Source of the DNA: a virus
Virus record (IMG/VR): IMGVR_UViG_3300045988_003894
Span: 1 to 5,977 of that record
DNA length: 5,977 bases
Reading direction: 5' to 3' (one strand)
Under the pieces are notes generated by a model. It did not search any database and was not told the DNA's origin. It saw only the letters and a program-made list of their open reading frames with translations. Each line of letters begins with the position of its first letter. Positions within the stretch are counted from its first letter, which is position 1. Shown piece after piece: positions 5,392 to 5,977 of this stretch. The translations under genes and the position numbers were made by a program.

Positions 5392-5443
5392 ACGCACTAT
5401 GCAGGATTCGCTACAATGTGCAGCTCAATCGCCGCTAGGCTAG

Positions 5444-5524
5444 CATACATAACAACAAGAGGTCGGATCATGAATCTGGGTAACATCACCAGAGGAAGGT
5501 TGCGACCTCTTGTTATTATGTATG
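5444..5524. repeat. Long inverted repeat (22-bp stem, 21 of 22 paired, 37-nt loop). Its right arm ends 38 nt upstream of the VP4 start codon.
   Basis: Left arm catacataacaacaagaggtcg (5444..5465) pairs with right arm cgacctcttgttattatgtatg (5503..5524), with a single C/A mismatch. An A/T-rich stretch with a T4 run follows (aatattatttta). Confidence 0.85.
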
Positions 5525-5562
5525 AATATTATTTTAAAGTAAAACTTAAACAATTATATGAT

Positions 5563-5977
5563 ATGTGCCTGTATACAAAGTACTTATTGAATAAAAAGTA
5601 TTTACCGACAAGAAAAAATGGATATAATCCGCCAGCATGCCAGGACGAGAGGCTGAGATACGTGCCGATAAAATGCGGCAAGTGCATGGAATGCCGAAAG
5701 CAAAAGAAAAGAGAATGGTACGTGCGGCTGTCAGAAGAGTTGAAACAGCACAAGGGAGCGCTATTCCTGACTCTGACATTCAATGAAGATATGTATGAAA
5801 AGACACGCAAGGCCGTGAACGCAGGACTGAAGCCGACCAATGAAGAAGAGAATGATATGTGCCGTTATGCAATAAGACACTGGCTGGAACTGATACGCAA
5901 AAGAACAGGAAAGTCCGTAAAGCACTGGGTAATCACAGAGAAAGGTGAAGACTACAACCGCATACACATGCACGGTA
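5563..5977 (+). CDS. VP4: Replication initiation protein VP4 (HUH rolling-circle endonuclease), 5' part. It runs off the window end and continues at nt 56 of the circle. The full protein is about 313 aa.
   Basis: My translation from ATG 5563 is MCLYTKYLLNKKYLPTRKNGYNPPACQDERLRYVPIKCGKCMECRKQKKREWYVRLSEELKQHKGALFLTLTFNED... It shows the MCL N-terminus, the CGKCxxCR(x)nW cysteine cluster and RCR motif 1 (FLTLTF, 5764..5781), all typical of Microviridae VP4. There is no in-frame stop through 5977. The track omits this ORF because it has no stop inside the window. Confidence 0.9.
   Translation, partial: MCLYTKYLLNKKYLPTRKNGYNPPACQDERLRYVPIKCGKCMECRKQKKREWYVRLSEELKQHKGALFLTLTFNEDMYEKTRKAVNAGLKPTNEEENDMCRYAIRHWLELIRKRTGKSVKHWVITEKGEDYNRIHMHG
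5923..5977. repeat. Terminal redundancy, copy 2. It is identical to 1..55.
   Basis: Same 55-nt string as at the window start. Confidence 0.95.

Noticed and set aside
5329-5417. The GC-rich direct repeats as a CRISPR array or mini-array.
   Set aside because: There are only two good copies of 23 nt separated by a 17-nt spacer, with a third degenerate copy at a different spacing. The repeat length, spacer length and copy number do not fit a CRISPR array.
5290-5530. A tRNA or tRNA-like gene in the structured GC-rich region or the long hairpin.
   Set aside because: Neither strand shows a T-loop (GTTCRANYC-like) or D-arm consensus or a cloverleaf arrangement. The 22-bp stem is far longer than any tRNA arm.
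5416-5562. N-terminal extension of VP4 from in-frame ATGs at 5416, 5470 or 5518 (the frame is open from 5317).
   Set aside because: Microviridae VP4 proteins characteristically begin with the MC(L/F) motif found at 5563. The extension would run through the 22-bp inverted repeat and has no Rep-like features. It cannot be excluded without homologues.
377-5973. All thirteen minus-strand ORFs in the track: 377..604, 880..1065, 1590..1859, 2662..3027, 3874..4080, 4134..4415, 4220..4582, 4816..5004, 4899..5393, 4961..5206, 5529..5840, 5546..5779 and 5761..5973.
   Set aside because: Nearly all lie antisense to well-supported + strand genes (VP4, VP1, VP2 and the small-ORF block). Their translations are low-complexity and rich in Cys, Ser, Phe and Leu, as expected from reading purine-rich coding sequence backwards. 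Several overlap one another in different frames. Microviruses transcribe only the strand identical to the packaged viral strand.
1-5977. Integrated prophage, or an integrase, defence or toxin cargo.
   Set aside because: The terminal redundancy closes the circle with no flanking host sequence. There is no ORF with integrase, transposase, toxin or defence-like motifs, and the genome has no room for one beyond the small orphan ORFs.

Overview
The window is a complete, circularly permuted genome of a small ssDNA phage of the family Microviridae. Nt 1-55 are repeated exactly at 5923-5977, which gives a circular unit of 5,922 nt. All credible genes lie on the + strand. They are: (a) the rolling-circle replication initiator VP4, cut by the linearisation point, with its 5' part at 5563..5977 and its 3' part at 1..582; (b) a compact block of four small overlapping ORFs of unknown function at 953..1727, one with a lipoprotein-type signal peptide; (c) the major capsid protein VP1 at 1724..3733 (669 aa); (d) a 110-aa ORF at 3745..4077; and (e) the VP2-type minor capsid / DNA pilot protein at 4177..5253. 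There are two non-coding regions of opposite composition. The first (583..927) is AT-rich and carries two families of short iterated repeats plus a textbook Bacteroidetes-type promoter (TTTG-N19-TATATTTG). The second (5254..5562) starts as a conspicuously GC-rich island with a 40-nt periodic repeat and small hairpins, and ends in a 22-bp inverted repeat just upstream of VP4. The large VP1, the Bacteroidetes promoter and the near absence of Shine-Dalgarno motifs suggest an Alpavirinae-like gut or oral microvirus of a Bacteroidetes host. I recognise no integrase, CRISPR array, tRNA or known defence or toxin system. The novelty candidates are the repeat architecture of the non-coding regions, the small lipoprotein ORF and a possible overprinted Arg-rich ORF inside VP1. 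All family assignments rest on motifs read by eye, because no database search was possible.
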